Shown here: positions 28,237 through 36,631 of the stretch, piece by piece | Numbering within the stretch: the first letter of the stretch is position 1 | How the letters are laid out: each line of letters opens with the position of its first letter | Virus record (IMG/VR): IMGVR_UViG_3300020331_000002 | Length of the DNA stretch: 64,000 nucleotides | Source: a virus | Lineage: Duplodnaviria; Caudoviricetes | Direction: 5' to 3' (one strand) | Position numbers and translations under genes: made by a program | Notes under the pieces: generated by a model | The model's database searches: none | What the model saw: only the letters and a program-made list of their open reading frames with translations | What the model was told of the DNA's origin: nothing

Positions 28237-28264
28237 ATAAACCAAAATCGTGAGGTAATACAAA

Positions 28265-28831
28265 ATGGGTAGACCAGTTAAATCTACATACTTCGGAAAA
28301 CCAACCGGCAAACAGGCACAGATTGCATATACCGTGTCTAGTTCTGGTAAGGTACAGCCAATCATTAAAGAAGCTGGCGAAGGCTACAATAGCAAATTTA
28401 AGCTAGAAATAAAAGCTAAAGATGAAGAAGGCGAAGACGTATTGGCAGAACTTTCTGTTTCTGTTAAAGACGGTGCAGTGTCTGAAGTATCAGTAGCACA
28501 AACAGGTGAGTTTCCTGCTAACAAAAAACACACACCGCTAGGCGGTATTCCCGCGCCTGTTTCTGGCGGCGGCGTTATTGTTGGCAAGGGTGTTATTGAC
28601 GAAAAGATCGGCGTTGAAGATGTATTCATCATCAAGCAACGTGGCCAGCGCAAATATGCAATTGGCGCAGTAGCAGACGAAACCCGTACAGGTGTCGGTA
28701 GTCTAGTAGAAAAGGCTGAGTCACTTGGTGACCTGGAAGTATCTGCAGGCGACGCAAAGGTACATACCATCCAGCAATATCAAGTGAAGACATTCGGTGG
28801 TGAAATCAAACCAATTTCCGATATTCTTTAA
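28265..28831 (+). CDS. putative virion structural protein
   Basis: late promoter; SD GAGG; MGRPVKSTYFG N-terminus, beta-rich. Confidence 0.65.
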   Translation: MGRPVKSTYFGKPTGKQAQIAYTVSSSGKVQPIIKEAGEGYNSKFKLEIKAKDEEGEDVLAELSVSVKDGAVSEVSVAQTGEFPANKKHTPLGGIPAPVSGGGVIVGKGVIDEKIGVEDVFIIKQRGQRKYAIGAVADETRTGVGSLVEKAESLGDLEVSAGDAKVHTIQQYQVKTFGGEIKPISDIL

Positions 28832-28894
28832 TTGACAAAGTTTGCAAGATCTGTTATCGTATTGGTAATTATAATAACGATAATGGATCTTGCA
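28832..28894 (+). promoter_or_regulatory. sigma70 promoter with an 18-bp inverted repeat reaching the start codon
   Basis: TTGACA-17-TATCGT. TGCAAGATCTGTTATCGT(28843-60) pairs ACGATAATGGATCTTGCA(28877-94), 18/18 with 2 G.U. Confidence 0.85.
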
Positions 28895-29181
28895 TGGAAA
28901 CCTTTATAGAAGTTGTACTCCAAGCCTTAGTGGCACTCGCTGCTATTGGCGTCTCAGATGGCGCACGTAGGAAGATGTATGCCTGCGCTCGTGGCATTGA
29001 AACAGACGACCCCGAATTCAACGACGCGTATCATGAATTTCTAGATTATAACAAAGGCGTGGTGTCACGCGACACACTCATTATATTCGTTGCTGCCATA
29101 GTCGCTATTCAATTTATTGGTATGGTACCCACCACCTGTGTTATTGTTGCTTGGTACATGTGGTTTACGAGAAACCTATGA
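28894..29181 (+). CDS. membrane protein
   Basis: hydrophobic segments. Confidence 0.7.
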   Translation: METFIEVVLQALVALAAIGVSDGARRKMYACARGIETDDPEFNDAYHEFLDYNKGVVSRDTLIIFVAAIVAIQFIGMVPTTCVIVAWYMWFTRNL

Positions 29182-29483
29182 TTTCAAAACTACTAGAAGA
29201 ACACGGCCTACTAAATCGTAATGTAGGCGCAGCACGAACCATCAACGACATTCTTATCGAGTACAAGCGTAACCACAAGTATCGTGAACGCTTGCTTCAT
29301 ACTATCATGGCACATGATAAAGAATCAGACCACGAGGGTGATTACCTAAAAGGCTTGAAAGCTGCCCTTGCCATGCTCGACGGCTGTGACGATGTTGAAG
29401 CACCTCCCAGTGATGCTGAGATTGAACACAATGCCGTAATGATAGGAAATAAATTGCTGCCAACTAAGAAGCGCAATAATTAA
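29178..29483 (+). CDS. hypothetical protein
   Basis: ATGA overlap at 29178. Confidence 0.7.
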   Translation: MISKLLEEHGLLNRNVGAARTINDILIEYKRNHKYRERLLHTIMAHDKESDHEGDYLKGLKAALAMLDGCDDVEAPPSDAEIEHNAVMIGNKLLPTKKRNN

Positions 29484-29503
29484 AAACAAAAAGAGATTTA
29501 TCA

Positions 29504-30766
29504 ATGACCGAAATCAATTTGTCAGATATTTCAATCGGGTTCATCGGCCTTGGCAAATTAGGCTTACCGTGCGCTGAAGTATTTGCCCAGCATCATCCAG
29601 TATATGGCTATGATGTAGTCGACTATAACTCATCAGTAATAAACAAGTGCGAAGATATTGAATCTGTAGTTAAGCAGAGCGACTATGTCTTTATCGCAGT
29701 GCCAACCCCGCACGCGCCTGGCTACGGCGGCGAAACACCAACTAGCCACCTCAAACCAACTGACTTTGATTACGGCATTGTGGACAGCGTAATTAAGGAA
29801 GCTGTCAAATATACAGCTGATACTGACACTGTGTTGGTGCTCATCTCTACTGTTTTGCCTGGCACTATTAGTGAACGTTGGCAAGACGATTTAAAGGGTA
29901 CAACATTCATTTACAACCCGTACTTGATTGCTATGGGCACAGTAGCACATGACATGGTTAATCCTGAAATGATTATGATAGGCACAGCTGACGGTGAAAC
30001 TACCGATCAAGCTGAAGTCCTTGCTGCTATGTACAAGAATATGGCCGAAGTAGACAACTTGCGTATCGAATATGGTACACATACTGAGATAGAAGCACTA
30101 AAGGTGTTCTACAATACGTGGATCACAATGAAAGTCACTCTTTGTAATATGGTACAAGACGTGGCTAATGCTGCTGGCAATATGAATGTTGACGTAGTAA
30201 CAGGCGCTCTGGCGCGTTCTGATTTGCGTATCATGTCAGACAAGTACATGACAGCCGGTATGGGTGATGGCGGTGGATGTCACCCTAGAGACAATATTGC
30301 ACTAAGTCAGATGTCATCCAAATACAACCTTGGTTACGATATGTTCGGTGCACTCATTAAAGCACGTGAAGAACAAGCGCGTAATATGGCTGAGTTTCTC
30401 ATGCAATATGATATGCCTGTCGTAATTGTTGGTAAAGCGTACAAGCCAGCTGTGCCTTATTGCGAAGGTTCACCGTCGTTGTTAGTAGGACATTACTTGG
30501 AAGAAAAGGGTACTGAGCTATATTACATAGACAGTTTAGCAAGTAGAACACAGCCTAAAAACTTTCTCAATAAGAAGGTTGTCTACTTACTTGCACACTC
30601 TTACGACGTGACGTACCACAAACAAAAGGCCGCAACGGAAGACTCTGCCCAAGTGCTGTATATATCGCCTGGCTCAGTTGTAGTTGATCCATGGCGCAAA
30701 TTCAAGTCAATCGACGATCGTGTAACAGTAGTTCACTATGGAGACACCCGTGGCAAATCACTATGA
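29504..30766 (+). CDS. ugd: UDP-glucose/GDP-mannose 6-dehydrogenase
   Basis: GFIGLGKLG Rossmann motif, FIAVPTP, STV.PGT, catalytic GGGCHPRD. Confidence 0.9.
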   Translation: MTEINLSDISIGFIGLGKLGLPCAEVFAQHHPVYGYDVVDYNSSVINKCEDIESVVKQSDYVFIAVPTPHAPGYGGETPTSHLKPTDFDYGIVDSVIKEAVKYTADTDTVLVLISTVLPGTISERWQDDLKGTTFIYNPYLIAMGTVAHDMVNPEMIMIGTADGETTDQAEVLAAMYKNMAEVDNLRIEYGTHTEIEALKVFYNTWITMKVTLCNMVQDVANAAGNMNVDVVTGALARSDLRIMSDKYMTAGMGDGGGCHPRDNIALSQMSSKYNLGYDMFGALIKAREEQARNMAEFLMQYDMPVVIVGKAYKPAVPYCEGSPSLLVGHYLEEKGTELYYIDSLASRTQPKNFLNKKVVYLLAHSYDVTYHKQKAATEDSAQVLYISPGSVVVDPWRKFKSIDDRVTVVHYGDTRGKSL

Positions 30767-31808
30767 TTTTAAATATGCGGTTGATATCGAGTCAGTCGGC
30801 CTCGACTATTGGTGCTGGCTCAACAGCTATAAAAACACGCCCGGTCTAATTAGTGAGATAAGAAGCTTTCATCGCGCTCGTAGACCGTTTAATATTGTGT
30901 GTCCGTACGAAGCATATGTTGGTATAGATAACCAATATAAATCGTTGCTTGAAGCAGTTAACGGCGACGCTGATTATATTAAGAACTATGTCACTGTTAT
31001 CGCCGGTTCTGAACCCCGTAAGAATGCAGAGCGCTATAAACGAGTTGTGTATGGTTCTTTTATCTTTGATTGGATGCAACACGATCCGTACAGTGTGCCT
31101 GCATATAACGATAGAATACCAGAACATGACTTCTTGTCGTTTAATCGCATTATACGCCCGCACCGTTTGATGTTAATTGCTGCACTTGCGCATATAGGCC
31201 TACTTGACAAGAACTTAGTGAGTTACACACTAGCTCAGCTAGAACATTTTCCTAAGTTTGCATTAGACGGGATCGCGTGTATACCGGACGAGCGTGCCAA
31301 AAAGATAACAGAAATATTGGCTGAGCTACCTACTGAACAAAAAGCTGACCCGATTGTATGGGATTCTAATTTGTCAGTAATGACAGCACCAAGTGATCTT
31401 TACGAAAATGCTTTTTATAGCCTTGTAACTGAAACCGCTTTCTTTGAAGATGATCCGTTCTTAACTGAAAAGATTATTAAGCCGCTAACATACGGTCATC
31501 CGTTCATTGCATTAGCACCTAAGAACACACTGACGCTTCTACAAGAGTACGGCTTTAAAACCTATTCAAGTATATTCGATGAATCCTACGACACTGTAGA
31601 TGAAGGCTATGTGCGATTTAGGCGCGTGATAAAGGAAGTTGTCCGTATCGCTAACTTGACACAAGAAGACAAGGCACAATTGTTCACAAGTGCACGTGAA
31701 ATAGGTGAACATAACAGTGCTCACTTTAAGAAGAACGTCAAACAGATAATTGAAATGTCTAGCAACATTAATGAGCACTTGGATATCAAGAACAAAGTCT
31801 TGCGTTAG
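30738..31808 (+). CDS. GT10-like (fucosyltransferase-fold) glycosyltransferase
   Basis: FLSFNR...HR; LVTET...FLTEKIIKP...HPFI; GFKTY..IFDESYD. Confidence 0.65.
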   Translation: METPVANHYDFKYAVDIESVGLDYWCWLNSYKNTPGLISEIRSFHRARRPFNIVCPYEAYVGIDNQYKSLLEAVNGDADYIKNYVTVIAGSEPRKNAERYKRVVYGSFIFDWMQHDPYSVPAYNDRIPEHDFLSFNRIIRPHRLMLIAALAHIGLLDKNLVSYTLAQLEHFPKFALDGIACIPDERAKKITEILAELPTEQKADPIVWDSNLSVMTAPSDLYENAFYSLVTETAFFEDDPFLTEKIIKPLTYGHPFIALAPKNTLTLLQEYGFKTYSSIFDESYDTVDEGYVRFRRVIKEVVRIANLTQEDKAQLFTSAREIGEHNSAHFKKNVKQIIEMSSNINEHLDIKNKVLR

Positions 31809-31852
31809 TGAATGAAGCGTGTTTTAATGTCGTAATACATTAGGGAGATAGT

Positions 31853-32668
31853 ATGAAGATTTTATCTAAGTTTTATGATTATTACGACAGTTGCCTTGCA
31901 GCTGGTGTAGACACCACTGTTATCTTCAAACGCGAGCAGGAAACAAGTGACTATCGTGATATCCTTGACGAATATTATCAGTACAGAACTGCTCGTGAAC
32001 AGTTTTTCAGTAAGGATAAAAAACCACACGTTGTTAGCCGCTACGCTACCCGCCTCAAGCACAACAAGAAGCTGATTCTCAGAACCGGTGTTGTTGGCTT
32101 TTGTGGTGAGTTTTATCCCTACGCTTACGCTAACATCATGGACTATTTCGATCACGACTACGAATCCGGCGAGTACTTTTATTCGTACGATGAGTTGGTT
32201 GAATTCATACGTGGTTATTTTCCTGATTATGTTAAGCGCGTCAAGGGAATTGATCTACTAGATATACCGAACGAGATTCATCGCTGGCACGCTGACGAAT
32301 TACATGAACATTTTATCGGAAAATACACCAAGCTTGAGTCGATATTCAGGGATCGTGGAATAGCGTACTTTGATATATCACCTAACCAATCGTACCATTA
32401 CGGTGTTGGGTTCGTTAAGTACCCCGAACTTAAGAAGCTTAATTTTGCACGCGTGGTTGACCCGTTTACTGCGTTCCAGAAGATAGAGCAGTTTATTACC
32501 GGTGTGCTAGGTGTAGGTGAGCCCGAAACTGTAGAAATAGGTGATACATACAAGCGCGACGCAAAAGGCTTTGATGAGTGGAGTTTCAAAAACCAGCCGC
32601 CCATGCCCGGTAAGAGTCGCAAAATACGCAAACAAAAACGTAAACTAAAAGGCCGCAACAATGGGTGA
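31853..32668 (+). CDS. hypothetical protein
   Basis: SD GGGAG; MKILSKFYDYYD. Confidence 0.8.
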   Translation: MKILSKFYDYYDSCLAAGVDTTVIFKREQETSDYRDILDEYYQYRTAREQFFSKDKKPHVVSRYATRLKHNKKLILRTGVVGFCGEFYPYAYANIMDYFDHDYESGEYFYSYDELVEFIRGYFPDYVKRVKGIDLLDIPNEIHRWHADELHEHFIGKYTKLESIFRDRGIAYFDISPNQSYHYGVGFVKYPELKKLNFARVVDPFTAFQKIEQFITGVLGVGEPETVEIGDTYKRDAKGFDEWSFKNQPPMPGKSRKIRKQKRKLKGRNNG

Positions 32669-33035
32669 TTTGATTTACGAGTATGAATTAGGTAAAGCAT
32701 GGGCGAAATGCTACTTGGCTTCCTACTACGGGTGGTCAGACCGTAGCACCGGTGAAGACAAAGAGTTGTTTTTGATTTACAATGCTTTCCGTTCATCGAG
32801 AGTAGTTTCTGTTAGGTTTTCACATGTTGATTGTCCGAATAGCCGCGATAATGCTACCAGTTTGGTATTACATCTTGGCCCGAGAACCGAAGACTTGATA
32901 GAGGCTTTGCAAATAGAAATATTGCAAGGCCGTTGGCCACATGCTGGCATTACCAGCATAATCAAAATGATAAAGGCAGAATATGATAAACAATGTGGCA
33001 CTGAAGCCTGTGCGAGTCATAGTAGAGACGACTAA
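32661..33035 (+). CDS. hypothetical protein
   Basis: overlapping operon gene. Confidence 0.65.
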   Translation: MGDLIYEYELGKAWAKCYLASYYGWSDRSTGEDKELFLIYNAFRSSRVVSVRFSHVDCPNSRDNATSLVLHLGPRTEDLIEALQIEILQGRWPHAGITSIIKMIKAEYDKQCGTEACASHSRDD

Positions 33036-33420
33036 TGATTCTTTTAGTATCGATGCCTATGTCATTTACGAGGATGGCGCCGAGACATTAGCTCTAAGGA
33101 TTGATCGTGTTGAAGAGCGAGTGCTGTATGAGGAACTAGCGCGGTCAGTCGATTTAAGTGGTGACACTTCCTCGCTACTATATGTCGTGAACCACACCGC
33201 AGCTTATTTCGGGGAGGATTACGAGTTGTGGTGTAGTGCCCCGGCCTCTCCTGAACACTTCAGATATGCATCTCGCGGAATGCGTCTGGAACATATGTTG
33301 ATGAAAGCTGGACTAAAGAACCAATACAATAACGGCATAATATTGTTTGAAAACTGGCGCACTCCAGAACAGCGCGACGAGGCAGTGACTCTTTTAAAAT
33401 TACAGCACGGTGGCGTATAA
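32983..33420 (+). CDS. hypothetical protein
   Basis: 145-aa ORF. Confidence 0.7.
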   Translation: MINNVALKPVRVIVETTNDSFSIDAYVIYEDGAETLALRIDRVEERVLYEELARSVDLSGDTSSLLYVVNHTAAYFGEDYELWCSAPASPEHFRYASRGMRLEHMLMKAGLKNQYNNGIILFENWRTPEQRDEAVTLLKLQHGGV

Positions 33421-33455
33421 AGTCTTGCGCTTAACCGACAGACGTGCTGTAATAA

Positions 33456-34229
33456 TTACCAATGTTTCCAGAACTGCCACCAGGGCGCTTTTTTCTTATC
33501 CGGTACACTGTCGGATGGTTCAGAGGGAGCGGGCTTTTCTGGTTCATCGTCTTGTGGCGGTTGTGTTTGCTCGACTATCTTCTCCTTGAAAACGATACTG
33601 TCGCTTTCTTGGTCGACGGCACGATCGCCACAAACCTCAATACCACCCCACCCGTCGTCTTTATACAAGTACTGCAAACTGAATATAATTTTACGCGGGT
33701 AATGACGGTTTTCTTCTTTAGCCCAATCAGCACGCGCACTCACATCCTCAACTGAGTTCCAGTATTGATCCCTGTTACCGCCTTGTTGTTCTACTAAGTT
33801 TTTCTCACGGAATATCCACCCAGCGCCGCCGTTATACGCTGCGAGACTAAAGCCGTAATCGTTACATTCGTCTATGGCAGAAATGCGCCTCTTTAAGTCG
33901 CCCATGTAAAGCGCTTGTGCCTTAATAGCCCATTTAGGGTTCATTACATCGCCGTCATCTAACTCGGGGAACTTGTTGTTGACATAGTCGCGAGTATCGT
34001 CAGTGAACTGTGATAGCCCACATGCATACGGCGAGCACACATCCGGACGCCATGTGCTTTCCTGGTGTATTTGTCCTGCTAGCATGCTGACAGGCGCGTC
34101 TAAGCCAAAGACGTATTGTGCTTCAGCTATCACAGAACGCTTATAACGGTAGGCGTTGTCCGGTATTGACTGTGCGTTTACTGCAAAGCACAGCACCGCC
34201 AGCGCACTAAATGCCCAGCGATACACCAA
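33456..34229 (-). CDS. lytic transglycosylase (SLT domain) with N-terminal signal (endolysin candidate)
   Basis: QIHQES catalytic Glu, GLSQF, AAYNGG; hydrophobic N-terminus; tail KKAPWWQFWK. Confidence 0.88.
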   Translation of the reverse strand: MVYRWAFSALAVLCFAVNAQSIPDNAYRYKRSVIAEAQYVFGLDAPVSMLAGQIHQESTWRPDVCSPYACGLSQFTDDTRDYVNNKFPELDDGDVMNPKWAIKAQALYMGDLKRRISAIDECNDYGFSLAAYNGGAGWIFREKNLVEQQGGNRDQYWNSVEDVSARADWAKEENRHYPRKIIFSLQYLYKDDGWGGIEVCGDRAVDQESDSIVFKEKIVEQTQPPQDDEPEKPAPSEPSDSVPDKKKAPWWQFWKHW

Positions 34230-34524
34230 GTATTACCCCTACAATAATAACAGCTCTACGGATCATAGCGGATCCCGCTAGCTTGCTGAAAGTCGCGTGC
34301 CTATCAGTATCGATTGAGTCGCGCATGTCGGCAGCAATGTTGTGTGGCCTAAAGTTAGGAAACAACATCAAGTCAATGCCGTAGCCTAAGACCGCTGCTA
34401 TCGAAACAAGTGATAATTTATAAAGAACTAAAGGTACTTTGACTGGACTTAGTAATCCTATGGTTACTAATAATAGCAAAGTTACAACGATGAAAGTTAT
34501 TCGTCCTTGGTTAACTGGTCTCAT
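34207..34524 (-). CDS. putative holin (Holin_2-3 type)
   Basis: LYKLSLVSIAAVLGY..D..LFP..RP...IRRA.IV; SD AGGAG before ATG 34524; adjacent to the SLT gene. Confidence 0.8.
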   Translation of the reverse strand: MRPVNQGRITFIVVTLLLLVTIGLLSPVKVPLVLYKLSLVSIAAVLGYGIDLMLFPNFRPHNIAADMRDSIDTDRHATFSKLAGSAMIRRAVIIVGVILGVSLGI

Positions 34525-34552
34525 TATGTTATGCTCCTTTAAAAGACTATAA

Positions 34553-34558
34553 TATTTA
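34553..34558 (-). promoter_or_regulatory. late promoter core TAAATA for the lysis genes
   Basis: CTAAATAT about 29 nt upstream of the holin ATG. Confidence 0.65.
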
Positions 34559-34627
34559 GTCACAAGTGGTTCTTAATATGGCACGCCCTGTGTGTCGCAC
34601 ACTAAGTAACCATTAAAAGAGGTGAAT

Positions 34628-34906
34628 ATGAAACATTTAGGAAGACTTGATCAATGGTTTCGTGTCGGCGTGGACGGCCCGGGAAAATCGGTTATATTCG
34701 GGGTAATCAGCGGTAGTGATGTTGCTGAAGATGGCGTGAGCTATTGCACTGGCGCAATACATATCCTTGATCACACAAAGGATTTAGCAATAACAGCCGA
34801 TGGCCATTTTACACTTGGCGACAAGAACGATGACGAGGCGATTCTTGACGAGATACTCAAGAGTTTTAAAATTTATGAACACAAGGATTCACTAACCTAC
34901 CTATGA
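34628..34906 (+). CDS. hypothetical protein
   Basis: SD GAGG before ATG 34628. Confidence 0.75.
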   Translation: MKHLGRLDQWFRVGVDGPGKSVIFGVISGSDVAEDGVSYCTGAIHILDHTKDLAITADGHFTLGDKNDDEAILDEILKSFKIYEHKDSLTYL

Positions 34907-35259
34907 ACTTGGAACCAAGTAACAGACGTATACTCTTAGAAGACTTAACACCTCCACTAGTGTTCGGATACGCATGGGGATTTTTTGGGTTATATGTCGA
35001 GATGTCTTTCGGCCCGTTTTTCACTGGCATGGGTGCCATAGTACTCGGATGCGTTGAATTGGCAAGGTATAGACGATCACGCCGCAAGCACTTGAAGCAA
35101 ATGCGCGACTTGGCTAATATTGCGAGAAAGTGTCACGGCAACACATCACTCTCGTATTCAGTCGACGACGGACAGTATTACCTGCACTCGCTAGAGTACG
35201 GGACAATATGGTTTGCTGACAGCGAAGGTCAGGGATTCTCTGTTTATAACCGTTTATAA
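34903..35259 (+). CDS. membrane protein
   Basis: ATGA overlap; 2 TM. Confidence 0.7.
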   Translation: MNLEPSNRRILLEDLTPPLVFGYAWGFFGLYVEMSFGPFFTGMGAIVLGCVELARYRRSRRKHLKQMRDLANIARKCHGNTSLSYSVDDGQYYLHSLEYGTIWFADSEGQGFSVYNRL

Positions 35260-35261
35260 AG

Positions 35262-35336
35262 TTTTCATCTTGAACGTTGACTTGGTAAAAACCGGTGTTA
35301 TTATGCGGTTTTTACCGGAGGGAATAAGATGGAAAA
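35262..35336 (+). promoter_or_regulatory. sigma70 promoter inside nested inverted repeats
   Basis: TTGACT(35277)-16-TATTAT; GGTAAAAACCG/CGGTTTTTACC 11-bp perfect IR around the -10; outer TTTTCATCTT pairs AAGATGGAAAA (includes ATG). Confidence 0.8.
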
Positions 35337-35799
35337 GGCTAAGGCACTATTCAAAATTAAAGATCGCAATCTGATTGCCGATCTGGATGATACTGTTAGG
35401 CGCTTTGTGACGCGCAAACAAGATGTCAATATTGATGTGACTTGCTGTGAAGAAGTGGAAAGCATTAAAAAGAAGCTTAAGCCCTATCTTCCAGCAAGCG
35501 CACTTCGTTCACTTTATATGTATAGCCCGATGGATCTATCGCAGGGCGTCATCATACATGAAGACCGCGAGTTCGTCGAAAGCACACATCTAAAACCCAA
35601 CGCGTATGTTATTGTTACGCATGCAAGTGACGCACCATCAGCTGGGCCGGACAGCCCGTCTAGTCAACTAATCATTAATTCTGGCAGGCAGCTCTGTGAA
35701 TTAGCAGAAGGCCTCGCATTCAGGTTCAATGCAACAAAACAACACGGCCTGATCAACAATTCTACCTTACGTATGTTGGTCCTGTGGTTCGCTAAATAG
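35329..35799 (+). CDS. hypothetical protein
   Basis: SD GGAGG. Confidence 0.75.
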   Translation: MEKAKALFKIKDRNLIADLDDTVRRFVTRKQDVNIDVTCCEEVESIKKKLKPYLPASALRSLYMYSPMDLSQGVIIHEDREFVESTHLKPNAYVIVTHASDAPSAGPDSPSSQLIINSGRQLCELAEGLAFRFNATKQHGLINNSTLRMLVLWFAK

Positions 35800-35825
35800 T
35801 CACTAAAGCAGTAAGGTTTGAGTAT

Positions 35826-36074
35826 ATGTCACATTGTTGGATCAAGTCATCTAATATTACAAAAGCGCTCCATAATTTGAACTGGTTTAGAAACACAGGT
35901 AAAGTGCCCGTAATAGCCTGGGCAATTGATATGCCACTCGGTTGCCGCCATGTATTAATATACGAAGAAGGTAGCGACAAAATTAGAAAAGATCCGCATC
36001 GGTCCACACATAGATTTGAATTTGTGTCTGAAGATGAATTCAGGGATATTGTTGAAGAAAAGTTGTTATCCTAA
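35826..36074 (+). CDS. hypothetical protein
   Basis: 82 aa, SD AAGG. Confidence 0.65.
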   Translation: MSHCWIKSSNITKALHNLNWFRNTGKVPVIAWAIDMPLGCRHVLIYEEGSDKIRKDPHRSTHRFEFVSEDEFRDIVEEKLLS

Positions 36075-36118
36075 AATTCAGGTGTTATAGTTTGTTTAAC
36101 CACAAAAAGGATAATACT
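36061..36118 (+). promoter_or_regulatory. sigma70 promoter whose -35 pairs with the RBS
   Basis: TTGTTA-17-TATAGT; AGTTGTTATCCT(36061-72) pairs AGGATAATACT(36108-18), 11 bp with 1 bulge, ending at the ATG. Confidence 0.7.
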
Positions 36119-36247
36119 ATGAAAACTATATTACGATGGCTTGAGAATCTATCACCCTTTGCTTATATTGTATTACTCGCGGCATTAGCGGCCATTGGCA
36201 TGACAATCGGTAGCTTTATTTCGTTTTTTATTGCATCGGGGAATTGA
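36119..36247 (+). CDS. 42-aa membrane peptide (not in ORF track)
   Basis: SD AAGGA; hydrophobic. Confidence 0.6.
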   Translation: MKTILRWLENLSPFAYIVLLAALAAIGMTIGSFISFFIASGN

Positions 36248-36249
36248 GT

Positions 36250-36567
36250 ATGGAACCTGCTGTTATACAAGTACTGTTAATCGCGGCCGGTTTGTTCGTA
36301 GGCTTTGTGTTGGCCATGTCTGCACATCTTTGGCTTCCTAAGCTGTTTTGGGCTGTACTCAAGCGAATGCCTCTTGCTGCCGCCAAAAACACGGTAGTTG
36401 GTAATACCCCGGATCAACGTGCGCGAGAGTTTATTTGTAGAGTCGACGGATGTATAACTGTTGGGTCATACTACGGTATGGCACAAGCAACCTGCAGGCG
36501 CTGCGGGCATAAAAACGCATGTGCTGGCACACACGTTCCTGAATGGCGCGACCCATCACTGGAGTGA
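36250..36567 (+). CDS. TM-anchored protein with Zn ribbon
   Basis: N-terminal TM; CRVDGC...CRRCGH. Confidence 0.7.
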   Translation: MEPAVIQVLLIAAGLFVGFVLAMSAHLWLPKLFWAVLKRMPLAAAKNTVVGNTPDQRAREFICRVDGCITVGSYYGMAQATCRRCGHKNACAGTHVPEWRDPSLE

Positions 36568-36591
36568 TTTAAAAAATACTAATCTTCGCCC

Positions 36592-36627
36592 TGCTCGTAC
36601 TAAATACCACTAAAAATAGTATGAGTA
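36592..36627 (+). promoter_or_regulatory. late promoter CTAAATACCA inside an 11-bp RBS-masking hairpin
   Basis: TGCTCGTACTA(36592-602) pairs TAGTATGAGTA(36617-27), 2 G.U. Confidence 0.7.
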
Positions 36628-36631
36628 TCAC

